Below are positions 1 through 13,555 of a DNA stretch of 64,000 nucleotides, one piece after another. The stretch is from Plasmodiophora brassicae (Eukaryota): contig CP145420.1 of the NCBI GenBank assembly GCA_036867785.1, positions 930,001 to 994,000 of the forward strand, given 5' to 3'. The translations under genes were made by a program, and so were the position numbers. Position 1 is the first letter of the stretch. Each line of letters opens with the position of its first letter. The notes under the pieces are model-generated. The model did not search any database. It had not been told where the DNA came from and was given only the letters and a program-made list of their open reading frames with translations.

Positions 1-510
1 ACATTCGGCGGCGATCCACTGGAGTCTCACCGACGTCGTTAACGAAGCCAGGTACGCGATCAGGCTGTTTACGATGACGGCGACAGACCCGAGCAGGAAC
101 ACAAGACCTTGTTATGCATACAGGGTCGGTCAGGTCGCAATGAGGATACCAGTCGCCCCGGCCGCTACCGATAAAGCAGAGTGTCCCAAAGCGCGGTTCG
201 AGAACGCGGCCAAAGTAGAGCAGGCCGAGCATGTTGAACAGGATGTGCAGAATGCCGGCATGGAGGAAGTCGCCCCAGAACAACATGTACCAGTCTGCGG
301 GTCGGGTCAGTTGTCGACGGGGGGACAGAACGTGGACCGCAGGGGCGGACTCGTGACAGGATCGCTGATGAATTGCAGCGGGCACGTTGGCAGGAACAGG
401 TACCATGCCGCCCCAACGTTGACGTTGATGAAGACGATCACTTCCACTGCAGCGATAAGCAAGGTCCCCGCTGGCGGCAGCTGTCGTAACGCGGACGGCG
501 ACGACGCCAT
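1..510 (-). CDS. Rhomboid-family intramembrane protease (5' part; runs off the window start)
   Basis: Spliced minus-strand reading MASSPSALRQLPPAGTLLI... then DWYMLFWGDFLHAGILHILFNMLGLLYFGRVLEPRFG, which carries the rhomboid HxxxxHxxxN motif. Confidence 0.8.
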
Positions 511-679
511 CTCGTCCTTGACCCGACCCTCCCCACGAGGGCCGTCGGTCACAGAATCTGGGCGTACCTCCCGGATCTCACCTCGAGGGGCACGCATGTC
601 GAAGCTCATGTGTGGGTGTATACATTCTACGTACAGTGGGATAAAATAATGAGGAATAGTTCGGAACAGACGGCGTCGT

Positions 680-3600
680 CATCGTTTCAACAGCGACTGG
701 ACTCTGGCGATAAACGAGGCCTGATCGCGCTCGAAACGCTTACGAGCGTCGCCGGGGCTAAACCGGCCATCCGGCCGTGGTCGCTTGACAGGAGGCGGCT
801 GGATAGAACGTCAGGACGGGGCAGAGCGTGCGCGACGAACGGATTACCGATCGGATGATGGCATGTGTAAACGCGAGCAGGGACGACAGTGCCGGTAGCG
901 GCGTCGTACGATAGCATTCGATTTCCGCCAGGCCTGCAGACAGCAACGACGTGATGGCCAGTTCGCAGGCCGACTCAACGTCAGACGTGGTCGGTAACGC
1001 AGACACGATGTCCCGTCCCTTCTGCAGGGAGCCAGCGGGCGTTAATGACGGAACAGGCGCTGCCCATACAGGAGGCCATCGAACGTGCTCGGAAAACGCA
1101 CGGTTGAGCCAGGTGACGACGAATTCCCAGCTTCTCTGCGAATCAATGCGAGAGCGATCGCTGCCTCGCAATGCAGACAGGAGCAATCGCAATGGGGCAA
1201 TAACTGAATGGCGTTGACGTTGCGGCTGAGAGGAGATCAGGGAAGCTTGCCACGCAATACAGTCAGCAAGTTCACTGAGAGACGAGACAACCTTGGCAAG
1301 ACGGCCAAAGTGGCGAACGTCAGGAACGGACCCCACGATAACGGTTGGAATTGCCAGATCATCGCCGCCGATGGATGACAACAGTGAACGGTGGCGTGCA
1401 CGATCACCGTCAGATGAGGGCGACTGAACGAACAGCACGCCCTGGACGCTGGGAACGATTTCACCGCACGTCGATGGAGTGATCAGCACGTGAAGCTTGC
1501 CCTCCTGTAGGAGAATGTCAGAGAGGACGACGACCGCAGCGCACTGGAATACCTCGATCCTGATCCGTTCCTGCTTCTGAAGCTGCAGGAAGGCAAGTGC
1601 ATCTCGACCCAAATCATCTTTGACATGTTCGGGTACGGATACAACGAGATGGAAATAGAACTCGTCATTGTTTCCACGAGCGCTCGCGATGGTGGATGCC
1701 AACGCGTCGTATTGGATAGCGCCAGGGCTTCTAACGATGTTCATACCCTCGATACCGTCAACGACGCCATTCAGGTTAGGAACGCTCACAGGCGCAGGTC
1801 TGATGCGACGAGCAAATAATCAGCATTGGCAGAAGCCGGAATCGTCAATATCGGCAACATACGTTTGGTTCAGCAAGCGCACAAACCTGTCACGGTTCTT
1901 ACGTTCGCGTCGAGCATTCAACGATGCGGTTCGCCAGGTTCCAAACGCCTTATGGAGAACAAAGAGGTCTGCTTTGGCGTTGTCCCGTCGTACCCGCCAG
2001 GCAGCCAGCCGCCATCGGTACAGCCATCGCTTCTGAGCGAATTGCAAAGAGGCACGGGTCAGTGCCTGAAGAATGTGGCGCTCCCGGTGGAACTACAGCC
2101 GTCAGTACAAGTTCGAGCACAGGTCCTAGCAAGACTAACTTTGAGCTGAGCCGAACGGAGATGGGCTTCGCTACGACGGCGTAGAATGACGCGTACTGCC
2201 CCGACCCACATCTGCAGGAACCGTTTCGCACGAGCTGTCGAATGCCACACGTTACCGACGGATACAGAAGACAACTGACACTGCAGAACAAACCTTTTGC
2301 AAATCGGGATAAGGTTTGGGATGCAAGTCGATCCAGTTCGACAATTCGTCTCCTTGCATGCTCGGCAGCAACGCGTTCAGCGTCAGCACGGCGCGCTGCC
2401 TCTTCGCGTGAGCGACGTTCAGCGTCTTCTGCCGCAATGCGAGCGGCTTCAGCTTCCCGTCTCCTTCTTTCGGCCTCTTGTCGTTCAGCAAGGCGTCTGC
2501 TTTCCGCTAGTTCCTGCTCCAGGTCTATAGACGACAATTGTCGGACCTGATCGGCAAGAGGATTCGTACTGGAATCGACAATGACAGCAAGCTTCGAAGG
2601 AGTGGGAGGTCCGATAAGGACACGAGACCTACCAACGCGATGAATTACAAACAGGCCAGCTTCCGCGGAAATCGTAACACGCACCGCTTCCATTCCACTC
2701 GAGGAACCATTTCCGTAGGCGTTGACCGTCGGTGGATTTCGCCGTTATCGACTGTAAGCCCATGGGCTGTGCAGAATTGCACAGCGTCCATATCATCATC
2801 AAAGGCAAGCAGGTCTCTCTGCGCAGCGAGTAAATATGCATTAACATCCGCAGCAAACTTTGGGAACATACCAACGATGCAACTGGATAAGTCGCCGATG
2901 CAGCCAACGAGTTCATGATGATGCAGAGCGAGCGACTCCTGAAATCCCACAAGAAACTGTGAACACAGCATCGCTGCAGGTATGTCGCACTAAGCGAATG
3001 TCAAACATTCCAACGCGCTCAAACACCACGAGTGAACGCCAACCAGGTGCGGAGAAGCTTAAAGAAGCGCGCATACTCCTGCCCGCGAAAACTTGAGGCC
3101 AAGTTTCGCGCCACCTGGTACCAAAGTCACTTGGTGCACTTGCCCGACTTCATTGCAGAACGTCCTACTTTCACTGTCTCTGAAGTTCGGACATGTGCAG
3201 GGAGATTCATAAGATGATCGTTCAGCTTGTTCGCATCCCTCATGTTCAGCAGGATTTGGTAGGAGCAAAACTCGGCCTCAGTAGGGAGCCCTGCTTGATA
3301 TCCACCTCGAAGACGAATGTCCTTGTAGTAATGATTCAGCGACGTTATTGTGTGGGCGATCTGCTGCAGGTTCTGGTATTTTTGAAAATCGTCCTCCTTC
3401 TCTTCGCACCTGAGTCGCACATTGAAGATCGGTCTCTCGCAGAAGCATCACCGACCCATACAGTTCATGGTGCGAAAGAATGAAAAAGCGAGCAATCTGC
3501 TCATGCGCTGTCACAGCAATGGCTTCGCCCTGGTAGTGAACGGTTAACCGGACCTCTGTCGACCAGTGGGCGACATACGAACCTTGTCTTGTAGGGCGAA

Positions 3601-4933
3601 ATCCTTCCGGATAGCACGGAAGCGATCTGGCAGGCGCTCAGTCAACGGCAACGAGGCGGGGCCGGGAATGGACAAGCCGCACCTCGAAAGAAATTGTAGA
3701 CATCGACTTGGGGAGCATCACGAGTGTCCAACAGCTCCGATAGCATGTAGACGATCGTCTTGGCCAACACGGCAGGCGGACGCACCTCAGAAGGCACGGC
3801 AACTGCTGTTCCCGCCGCCGACCGCTGATACTTCTTGATCATCCTGTTGGGATCCGCGCGCCTCGTCGAGCGATTCCAGGCCGATTCGTCGCGAACAGCT
3901 TCGAGCAGGTGGACATCCTGAAGAGGGACCCCGCATATAGTCAGCGACCCCGGGCGACACTGTGTCCCGTAACGCGTTCGAGACCATCTGTTCATCGCGC
4001 CGTCGAATCTCATCCTCGGAGCACATGGTCATCAACGTTCCGACGATGCACGCCGACCCGGGAGCGAAATCGTCCTCCTCGTCCTCCATATGCCCATGGT
4101 CGTCGTCGGCGGCCGCCAGCGGCACGGGCGCCTCGCTCTCCACGTTGGCCGGCTTGAACCGTCTGGATCGTTGCTGCAGCGCTGCACGGCCGCCACACCC
4201 GTCAATATCGTCGAACGCAGCGATGCAATCCAAAGAGCAACCGCACCCTCCATGGTTCCGCCATCCTATCCAACGTCGGTCATTACGACGATATCAATAT
4301 TGGCGCGCGCGAAACCCCCCAAACCGCTGCATCGTCAATCATCGGGCTGCCCACCACGTACGGTATCGAGAACGACGACGGGGCAGCCGATGACGATCTC
4401 GCCGGCGGTGCCCTTGACGAGATCACGGGCGACCCACGACCTTCGGCAACTGGTGGCGATGGATCACGCGCCTTTGCAAACCCAGCACTGTGCTCGCCCG
4501 GGTCACGTTTGCCGTCGCCAACGGCCGACAGATCGTGGCTGAATTTGCATTGGTCGCCTTTGGTGCATGTGCCACTCGCGAAGAATCGACAGACGGTCTT
4601 CGACGAGCCCGGTTCGGCGCTCCCATGTGCAACCGCCGACTCGTCGTGCAGGAACGGACAGGAATCCCCATTCCGGCAGGTTCCTTTCAGAAAGAACACG
4701 CAGGGCTGTCGTGGTTTCGCAGTCGACGACGTCGCCGGCGCCGGATGCTCGTCGACCACGGCGCCGACCGGCGGCGGCGGGTCACTCCTGGGCGCATCGT
4801 TCAAACGGGCACACACACACACACACGCCGTCGTGGCACTGACGCTGACCTGGCCCCGAACACGGACGCGGTCGGCTCGCTCGGCGCCGTCGTCGACGCG
4901 GCTGCCGCGCCTCCGCCCCAGATCGGGAACATC
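680..4933 (-). CDS. SAC3/GANP-family mRNA export factor with two N-terminal CCCH zinc fingers (multi-exon)
   Basis: CCCH fingers CVFFLKGTCRNGDSCPFLH and CRFFASGTCTKGDQCKFSH. SAC3 motifs IVGTLMTMCSEDEIRRR, IKKYQRSAAG..EVRPPAVL, DRFRAIRKD, HEQIARFFILSHHEL and EAEFCSYQILL. Coiled-coil and W-R-rich C-terminal exons follow; the 3' end is approximate. Confidence 0.8.
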
Positions 4934-5345
4934 GCGGGCCACCCGCAGCCGCGCAATGTGCGGACACGACTGTGCCGACCACACCACGTATACCTCTCTA
5001 TCGTCGTATTATTATTATTACACACGAATCGTCACGCGACGAAGAAGCCCATATACAGTAGACGTCGCTGTGGCGCGCTTCGATGCGCAGCTGAAAACAG
5101 GTTCATTATTCTGATGACCGACTGGCCGTATGCCCTTCGATCGTCTGTCTTCAGTCGACTGCTCGCGCCTCGCAGAACCGCCGATAGCGGTCTTATGGAG
5201 GCAGAACGCGTTAGGAGATGTCGCCCATCGGCGTACCCGACAGGGAAAGGGAACATGCAAATTCGTGGCGTCTTCCATGTCATGCACGAGTGCACGCAGT
5301 CATAGAGGGTTGGACAAGCGTCCGGGGCGACGACGTGTTGACGGG

Positions 5346-6046
5346 ATGGGGGCGATCTTCTCCGGTCGTCACAAGTCGCAAGTCCTGGTCGTTGGCCTAG
5401 ACAACAGCGGCAAGTCGAGCGTGATCAATTTCCTGAAGCCCGCCAAGGACAAGGTCGGGGGTGCGCCGTTCGTGTCGGCGTGTCGCGTATCCGACCAGGG
5501 GGTACCGTAGGTGGCCGAGACGCAAGCCACAGTTGGGTTCCAGGTCGAGAACTTCAGGCATGGGCAGACCCAGTTCACCATGTTCGACATGTCGGGCCAG
5601 GGACGCTACAGGAACCTGTGGGAACATTACTACCAGGACGCCCAAGCCATCATCTTCGTCATCGACAGCGCTGACTCCGTTCGCATGTGCGTCGTCGAAG
5701 ACGAGCTGAAAGCGCTCCTCGCCCACAAAGGTGACACGAGACAGAGCCGCGTACGTTCGACTGCCGCCCCTAACCACACCCTCTGCGCTAGATATAGCCA
5801 ACAAGTCAATCCCGATGCTGTTCTTCGCCAACAAAATCGACCTGCCTGACGCGCTGGACGCGAGCGAGATCTCCAAGGCCCTCCAGCTGGAGCGGATCAG
5901 CGATCGGCCATGGACTATCGTGTACGTCAACCGTGTTCCATTTCGGCCTGATCGATTTCACATTTGCCCTCGACAGGAAAAGCAACGCGCTGACCGGCGA
6001 GGGGCTCCACGAGGGCATGAAGTGGCTCGACGAGAAGCTGCGGTAA
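5346..6046 (+). CDS. ARL6: ARF-like small GTPase ARL6/BBS3 (4 exons)
   Basis: MG start, GLDNSGKS P-loop, [21 protein letters not shown] (ARL6-typical), FFANKID and SNALTGEGL; three GT-AG introns. Confidence 0.9.
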
Positions 6047-6123
6047 TGCTCGTGCTTCACAGCCAATACACGCCAGCTGCCCCCATTCGCTTCAAAGTTT
6101 ATACGCGATCCAGAGCCTCCATC

Positions 6124-8000
6124 TAGGCGATCGGTCGATCGTAGTGAACCACGCCGTTCGGAGACGTCACCCAATTGGATGCGCGCGCTTGGTCATGCGA
6201 GTTCCTATTGCCGCGCACGTCGAGCCGCCGCTTTGACGATGACGTTCCCAGGGGTGGCAAACGGATCACCGCTGGCTGATATCACGATCTATAAGACGCC
6301 CAAGGTCGCGTTCAGCGGGCCGCAGCCGGAAGACAATATCGCACCAGTTACGAAGCCGCTGGCGGTCGCCATGGGGGACATGTGCGACCCTATGTAGCAC
6401 GGTCGACCCGAATGCCCTGCGAGATAAGAATCGTCGTGTTGGCCTTCAGCAATGTTATCGGCCAGACGTGTTCGTTTGAGACCATCGACAAGAGCTAACT
6501 CGACGCAGGGGCCTCGGCCATCCTTCATCCTATTTCGCGAACGGCTCGCCAGTGATTGTCAGCTGGGAAGCAGCTTGGGGGTCCCAGGCATTTATATGAA
6601 TATGTAAGATGAGACGCGGGGCGCCCGTACTCGATGGGAGCCGATGATGGTCCTGGATTCCGACCCGCCGCAACAGATATACGATGCCATCGTCGCCTGG
6701 CGTGAACGTCACCGTTTCCCCTGATGTCAACGTCTGGGGACCGGTGTTCTTCTCATGGTACTGTCAGGCATGCCTGCGCTACATACCAGGGACGGTGTTG
6801 ATATCTGCTGGTATGAGCGCCGCCTACTTCTTCGTCTCCACTTGATTCGGATCAACAGAAAGGTCTTCCACAAGTTCCCCAGTCGGGGCCACCGAACATT
6901 TCAACGGCGAGTCTGTTTCTACATGGAAACGCCGAACTGTGCCCAAGCTGTCCTGTCAATTGAGATTATCACAGCGACGCTACTGGGTATCGTTTTGATG
7001 ATTGATGATGGGTGGCCTGGAAGCATCACAGTTCTCCCCGCGCCGCTCGCTCTGTACGTAGTATCTAGAGGAATTCAGTGGATTCGGATTCGCTTGTTCC
7101 ATCCTGTCCGCCCAGGTCTGGACAAGAAGCTATAACGGCGTCACGTCGACGCCTGGGAGCCAATTGTCTTGCTTTCGGCGAGCCTTACAAGGCGACTACC
7201 CGCCAATCACCACCGTAGCATGTTGTCGTTATCGCAGCCGACGAAATCGTGAGCGTTAAAGCCGCGCCCTACAGTTCTAACGCGATGGTGGCGATCGGAG
7301 GCGGGATAACTTTGTTCTTCAGCTGCGTCTGGGTACCCACCGACTACTATTTACGTCGTTGCGGTTCTTCCGCCTACGTGATCAAACGGCTAAGGTCGTG
7401 TCGAAAAAGGCTGTCGGTAATTCGGGCGAGTCAGCGCGGCTCCCGACAAGGTTGTACGACGATTGGGTGTGGACCTTGGGCTGGGGGGTTGGTACCACTG
7501 GACGAAGCCCAGACAGCGTGTTCCTTGTCGCCACTCGCCATGCTCAAACCGGGGCGATTTTTACCAGTAGAGCAAGTGACGTCCGCAGCGGTCAACGTTT
7601 AACAACGTTCGAGTGCCGTCCACCAAAGTCAGCGCGTGTCCCCACTGAACAGCAACGCCGAAAACCTTGTGCCGCGACCCGACCAAAGTATAAACGATGC
7701 TACACCAGGGTCACAAGCTGTAATCAACCGGCTCGCTGTAAAAGCGTCAGAAATGGGGAAGACATATGACGATCTGCCTGCATTTGTTATCAGCACCACC
7801 GTTGGCAGAAATTTCACTGGCGGGCCCCCCGATAAACCTGCTCGTGTTCTGGTGCCCAGCATTTGCTATTCACGTCGGCAGTCGTTTTACTGTATATGAG
7901 GACCCAGTACATCGTCGGCGTCCCCTTCACATACATTTACTGTCACCTTCTTGTCTATGCGCCCAAGAGCAGAGAGCACTTTCCCAAATAGCTGGTTGCC
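6124..8000 (-). CDS. Hypothetical multi-exon protein
   Basis: Successive short minus-strand open segments bounded by GT/AG. No recognisable domain; boundaries uncertain. Confidence 0.3.
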
Positions 8001-8154
8001 AGTGAAAAGAGATTTTCCGGCAACGATATCCCAGCCCGCAAGCGATTGCGTTTCCCACGAACAGTGATCAGCATTCACCGACCGTCGTACGGCCAATACG
8101 AAAACAGAAGATCAGTATTATACGCAATGTGCTGAAATGGAAACGTGTGCAGAT

Positions 8155-10495
8155 TTAGGTTGAAGACTCCACGTCAACAATACGCAACGACTGGTTGGCG
8201 GCAATGTGATCAAGTCGAGTCATCAGCGCTGTCATTGTCAGACGCAGGTCGGCGAACTGCTGCTTGAGAGCAATTTGCTCGTTCAGGATCGTTCTTGTTA
8301 GACCTTGGAATTCGGTGACGCCGTTCTTAGCAAAGCGTAACGTCATACTGATGTTAAATTTCGAAATTACAACGTCGTACCAGGTTGTTAGCCGTCATCT
8401 GGCGTTCTCTAGAACACAATGACTGAAATTCCAGGCGCACGTCCTGGAAACGTGATATCTGGCTCTTCATGGCTTGGACAACGGCCGCTGCAGTCACTAT
8501 CAAAAATGGATGAACAACGTGAAACGCCGCGTAATTACGTTTGCCCTTTGCACCTCCTGTTGATCTGCGCCGATGAGTACGGGACGTCATCGGTTTCGCA
8601 ACGTTGCCGCCAGCGACAACTGGAATGATACCGCTCGTGCTCTGCTTCCCGGCGGTCTCCTAAACAAAATTATCGTAAACACGCTCGAGGAACAATTGCT
8701 GCTGATCGTACGTCTTCAGGCGCCCGAGCGAGTCTTGGCTTCTGGGCGACGCCTTTCCACCACAGCTGGATCAACCGGGCCGACGTTTGCCGCTTCTTCT
8801 CACGAAGGACGGATCGGTTCATCCAGTCGATGACGAACTGCTGGAACGGGGTAGGCGCCAGCCTGTAATGTCATGTCGGCAGTGCTTTCCGTCGGTACAA
8901 CGATGCGCGAACCTGTTCGTCAGCACCGAAACGAGCAACGATGTCGTGACGATGCCCGTCAATGCGGCCACGATGGCCACCACTCGGCCAACGTCGTCAT
9001 AGGGATAAATATCACCTAAACACGTACTTAGAAACGTATTGCGTTCCACTAACGGCCTGGTACCGTATCCCACTGTCGTGGACGTCACAGCAATGAACCT
9101 GACGAGGTAAGCGTAGTGGGTTTGTAGTCGACAAACGTGCAGGCATAAGGCGGATTACCAGAGGCAGTTCGGGTAGAGCGCGAAGACAGACTGCTTGTAA
9201 AGGTTCCTTGATTCGGGCGACAACTGAACCCAGGCGGTGGCGAGAATCGGGGAAGGAGCCGACGTTGTCGAAACCCAGAACTCTCTGCAACAGGTGAGCG
9301 AATTATATCGAAGAGACGGGACACGACACGCGCACCTCTCGACAATATATTCGATGTAGGCCAGCGCGGTGACGAACGTGATGAACACGCCGACGAGCAT
9401 GGAGATCGTATGCGAGTAGAAGTACGTTTTCAGGACAGTCCCAATCAGGACATCGGATTTCTGACCCGGGTTCGCCTGCTCGTACCTGGGGGCGTCCCAT
9501 CAGTGCAGTCACCCGTCAACCGGCAGGCGCACGACGTACTCTGATCGGATCTGTTTCCGGTTGTGGTAAACGGGCGAGAAGTCCCGCAGCAGGCGCACGA
9601 CCAGGTAGAACCGCAGCATCATCATGCCTGGCGCACTCGACATCAGGGCGAAGCGCGGAATCGCAGGCGAATGGGCCCAGTACCGATCACGGTTTTGTGT
9701 CCCATCCCGAAAATGCTTTCAAGACCAGGAATGGGTTGCCTGTTAGCGGACGCGCGGTTGAGCGGCCATGCTATGACGTTGGCAAGCCTGAAATTGGGCG
9801 TACCATAGCGCGATGATGGCTTCGCAGAAGAACGCCATGATGAGGTTCGACTCAACGAAGGCCTCCCAACGACTAGCCATTCTCCATTCGCGCATCTGCA
9901 CGAACGACCTGCAATGGTAGTACAGGACCAGGCGGTGCACTGGACAGATCGGAACATGTCAGAAACGTTTCAAAAGCACAGCGTGTGTTCGCCTTTCTGA
10001 CTGAATACAATGCTGCACCCGATGTTGACGAACTTCATAAATGAACCCGTTGGGCAGTGTGCCGATGAATCCATAAAGACCAACGAATCGTAGTTGAAGC
10101 AGACGTAGCTGTAGGCGGGCAAACTGTCAGACTGCTCCTGATACGATTTGGCGGGTGCCGTACTTGAGCAGGATCATCAGTACAACGCCCAGTACGGACA
10201 GAGACGTCATCTCGATGCTGAGCCTTCTTAGGCGACGATCGGCTTCGTGCTGGAACCCGGCGAGCTCGTAGGGCAGCACGCGCGAGGAACCGCACGTGCA
10301 AAGCGACAGGACGACCCGCATGCAGAACGAGCGTTGAACATAGCGCCCGCTAGGACGACGAAGTCCAGGTTTCGTGACAGCGACCTCCTTCTTGCCTGCC
10401 GTCTTTGACGTCGTCGTGGCAATACGCTGTTGAGGCTGCTGCTCGATGCCTGGTTCGGAAGCGTCGGGGAAGAAAACTTTCGCCGTCCCCGACAT
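8155..10495 (-). CDS. SK/KCNN-like (calcium-activated) potassium channel, multi-exon
   Basis: TM segments SLSVLGVVLMILL and MMMLRFYLVVRLL; pore TTVGYG/DIYP; S6 GRVVAIVAALTGIVTTSLLVSVLTN; post-S6 SARLIQLWWK (CaM-binding-like); C-terminal coiled coil. Confidence 0.8.
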
Positions 10496-12422
10496 CTCGA
10501 GGTGGGCGACGTCGTACCGGAAGACTGGATGATCACACTGCCACCCAGAGACTGTCTGCGCCGCGCCCCGTCGCGTCGTGGTTGCCCAGTCGCGCCCATA
10601 AGCACTGTCTCGCAGTTGTCGTACGAAGCGTCCTCCTGTTAGCCGGAAGCTGTGACATCTCAATGTAAACCCGATCCCAGTTCTAACATCAGCGACGGAC
10701 GCTCGGCTGAGTGCAGGATAATCCATTGACCGTGCTGTACGCCAGGCAGTGATGCAGGTATATATGCAATTGAGGGTACGCCTTGAAGCGGCTCGAGTCG
10801 GGCATCTAACGTGGACCACCTGGAAGTCAGTTGGTTGGGTGTTGCTCGTGGATCACCCCGGCACAATAGTGGGAAATGGAGACGCACCACAAGGTATTGC
10901 ATTGCGCGCGCTGATCCAGCGGCATCTGCAATGTCGTTTGGAGCGGTTGCCCGTCGAACGACGTCCCGGGTCCCGGGGCCAGCGCGCCGTTCCAGGCGCG
11001 CACAACTTTCTCGACGTCATGGAATGCCGTTAGGAAATCGCACGCCGACAGGGATAATGAACTCGATCTCCATGGGCCTTTTGGACATTGGACAAGCGCC
11101 GCCTAGTCGATGATACAGTCCACTGCATGACAGCACTGTGTGATAGGGTCCGTCGTCGTCCACGCTTCTAGGCAGATGGAACAGACGTCGTCAGTCCTGC
11201 AGTGTAGGGTTAGACAAAGCAGTCACAACATGCCGCCTAACCTACAGTGGGACACCGCGTATGGCAGGTGCATCTGTCGTTGGAAGCGGGAGGAAGTACC
11301 CCACTGAGCGGACGCATTCGCCAGAAGAACGTGGCTAACGCCGTTGCTGAGGCTGATCAGGAGGGCGATCAAACGGAAGGTTCGCGCCCCAGTCTTGAAA
11401 CAGCCGGCACGGCTCTGGAACGTGATCATGCGCATGTGCTAATCGATGATCGCTGTTTTTATGCGAAAGCACATCAGGACACGGCTTGATACAAAGGGTC
11501 CACTGTGAATTGAGATTGACTGACAAACAGCGCCGCTATCATCTGTCGAGATGTCGTCTGCCGATACAAGCACCGGTATGTGGTGTCATATGTGAAGTTG
11601 TACGCGGTTGCTGATTTGCTGTCGAAGATTCAGATTTGCAGGCCAGTGGTCCGACGGAAACGGGTCGAGCGAGCCACCGGCCATGAAGAAGAGCAGGCTG
11701 TTTGCAAAACTGATCAAGTCTTCGCTGGCATCCGCAAACGCTGCCACCACTGAGCCGTTCGAATGGGAGCTGTAGCGCTGGATGACTCGATGTCTCTATC
11801 GGATTCTAGCCGGCAGGACGCGTGCCGGTGGCTCGAGCTTAACGGGCACATGTGCCCCCGTATCCAGATGATGGCGCGTCACTACCTGTCAGTCATGTCG
11901 ACATCGATCCCATGTGGGTAAGCGTTCTGCGGAGCCGGTACGACGGTGAGCAAACGTCGCGCTCGCCTCGCCGATTAGTTCGGGTAGATGCATGATACGG
12001 GGTTTCCTGGTTTGTATCGGCTTTGACGGCGTCACTTTTCTTTCTCTCTCGTATTTCGCAAGCATGCCCTAAGGACGACAATTCGTGGCACCCGATACGG
12101 TAGCTAAGGTAACTATGGTTCCATAGTTATCATGCATAGTTGCCTTCTGGAAGGCGAGTACAAGGCAAGATTAAATTTGTCTGGCCACACATTTGGGTGG
12201 AGACGTGGCGCAGAGGAATCAGAGTCTAACCGAGGTCTTCTAAATTATGTACTGACCAGCGTTACGCGCTATGCGTCAGATGCTCGTACCTGAACAATGG
12301 TGCAAAGGACCAATGAGGGCAACAGCCCAGCGGAGCCACTTAATTTGCAAGAGAACAGTGGACTTTTACTTCTCTGCTGCCACGTATGACGACGTGGTTT
12401 GGATCACGGGGCCTCACCTGGG

Positions 12423-13247
12423 CTAGTTCGAACCGTTCCCGTTGTTGGGAGTGCTCATGTTCGAGCCGTTGCCGGGCTGTGGCGGCTCGGGCATCACAAC
12501 CGATGACGGGGGCATGAAGTTCAGGTTCGCCACGTTGGTGTTATTATCACCGTTCCCATTCCATGGCGAGAGCGTCGTTGCCATGTTGCCATTCGTGGTA
12601 TTCGATGACGGCGGCCAGGAGACCGGCGGGAATGTCAGTGCTGGCAGTGCGTTACCGTTGTTGTCCCACGTTCGGTTGGTAAAGTCCATCGGGGCCATCG
12701 TGAAGTTGTACTGTGGAGGTGGTCCGTTAGCAAACGGTGCCGCCGTCTCGTTACTCTCTTGCGATCCATCATCTGGAGCCTGATCCGTCGTGTTTCCCGA
12801 AGGTCCCTCATCCGGCATCTGATGCGTCGCGTTTCCCGAAGGTCCCTCATCCGGCACCTGATCCGTCGCGTTCCCCGACGGTCCCTCATCCGGCACCTGG
12901 TCCGTCGCGTTCCCCGAAGGTCCCTCATCTGACACCTGATCCGTCGCGTTCCCCGACGGTCCCTCATCCGGCACCTGATCCGTTGCGTTCCCCGAAGGTC
13001 CCTCATCCGGCACCTGATCCGTCGCGTTTCCTGAAAGATCCCCATCCGGCACCTGGTCCGTCGCGTTTCCTGAAAGTCCCTCCTCACCATTTCCGGCGCC
13101 CAGTGAATCCGACTGATTGTTCGGCGTCCGCGATGCAGTGACGTTCGTGTCCAGGACTCGAAACGCCGGCCAGGCATGCGCGCCAATCGCGGCGTACGCC
13201 ACCAGGCACACCATCAGGACGCTCGTCATGCGGATACCCATATACAT
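12423..13247 (-). CDS. Secreted low-complexity glycoprotein with 13-aa tandem repeats
   Basis: Single 274-aa ORF with signal-like MTSVLMVCLVAYAAIGAHA, 8 copies of EGPSGNATDQVPD and an N/P-rich tail. Confidence 0.8.
   Translation of the reverse strand: MYMGIRMTSVLMVCLVAYAAIGAHAWPAFRVLDTNVTASRTPNNQSDSLGAGNGEEGLSGNATDQVPDGDLSGNATDQVPDEGPSGNATDQVPDEGPSGNATDQVSDEGPSGNATDQVPDEGPSGNATDQVPDEGPSGNATHQMPDEGPSGNTTDQAPDDGSQESNETAAPFANGPPPQYNFTMAPMDFTNRTWDNNGNALPALTFPPVSWPPSSNTTNGNMATTLSPWNGNGDNNTNVANLNFMPPSSVVMPEPPQPGNGSNMSTPNNGNGSN
12772..13083. repeat. 39-bp coding minisatellite, ~8 units
   Basis: Repeated ggtccctcatccggcacctgatccgtcgcgttccccgaa with few substitutions. Confidence 0.95.
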
Positions 13248-13555
13248 CGTAATCTGATCAGCCTTCCGCCGATCGCTCCGATGAGGGCCGCTCCGCCCAT
13301 GGTCGCCGCGCGATCCGTCAACTATTTCTGGCGCAGCTCAAACGGTGCGGAATCGGCCATTACTGCAGCGTCCTGCTCGACGTTCCGGAAACGACTCCGG
13401 TCAAAGGAACATGGCCGTTTTTTCATCGTGAATTTCGTCGCGTGGGATACTTAGTTCCAGACGCTGAAGGACCGCCGACCGTAGGAACCATCGGCGTATA
13501 TTTATAGCTACGCCTCCAGTCGAGGGCGTCGCCGTCACACACGGTTGCAGTCGCC

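Noticed and set aside
4490-5305. Long plus-strand ORFs here, and similar ones at 22800-23558, 27893-28651, 49852-50664 and 50640-51575
   Set aside because: Antisense or off-frame shadows of real GC-rich genes.
11050-11780. Possible small multi-exon gene on the plus strand
   Set aside because: Only short open segments, with no recognisable domain or reliable structure.
12107-12128. Short hairpin taactatggttccatagtta
   Set aside because: Too short and isolated to assign a function.
12772-13083. Regular repeats resembling a CRISPR array
   Set aside because: Head-to-tail 39-bp coding repeats with no unique spacers, in a eukaryotic gene.
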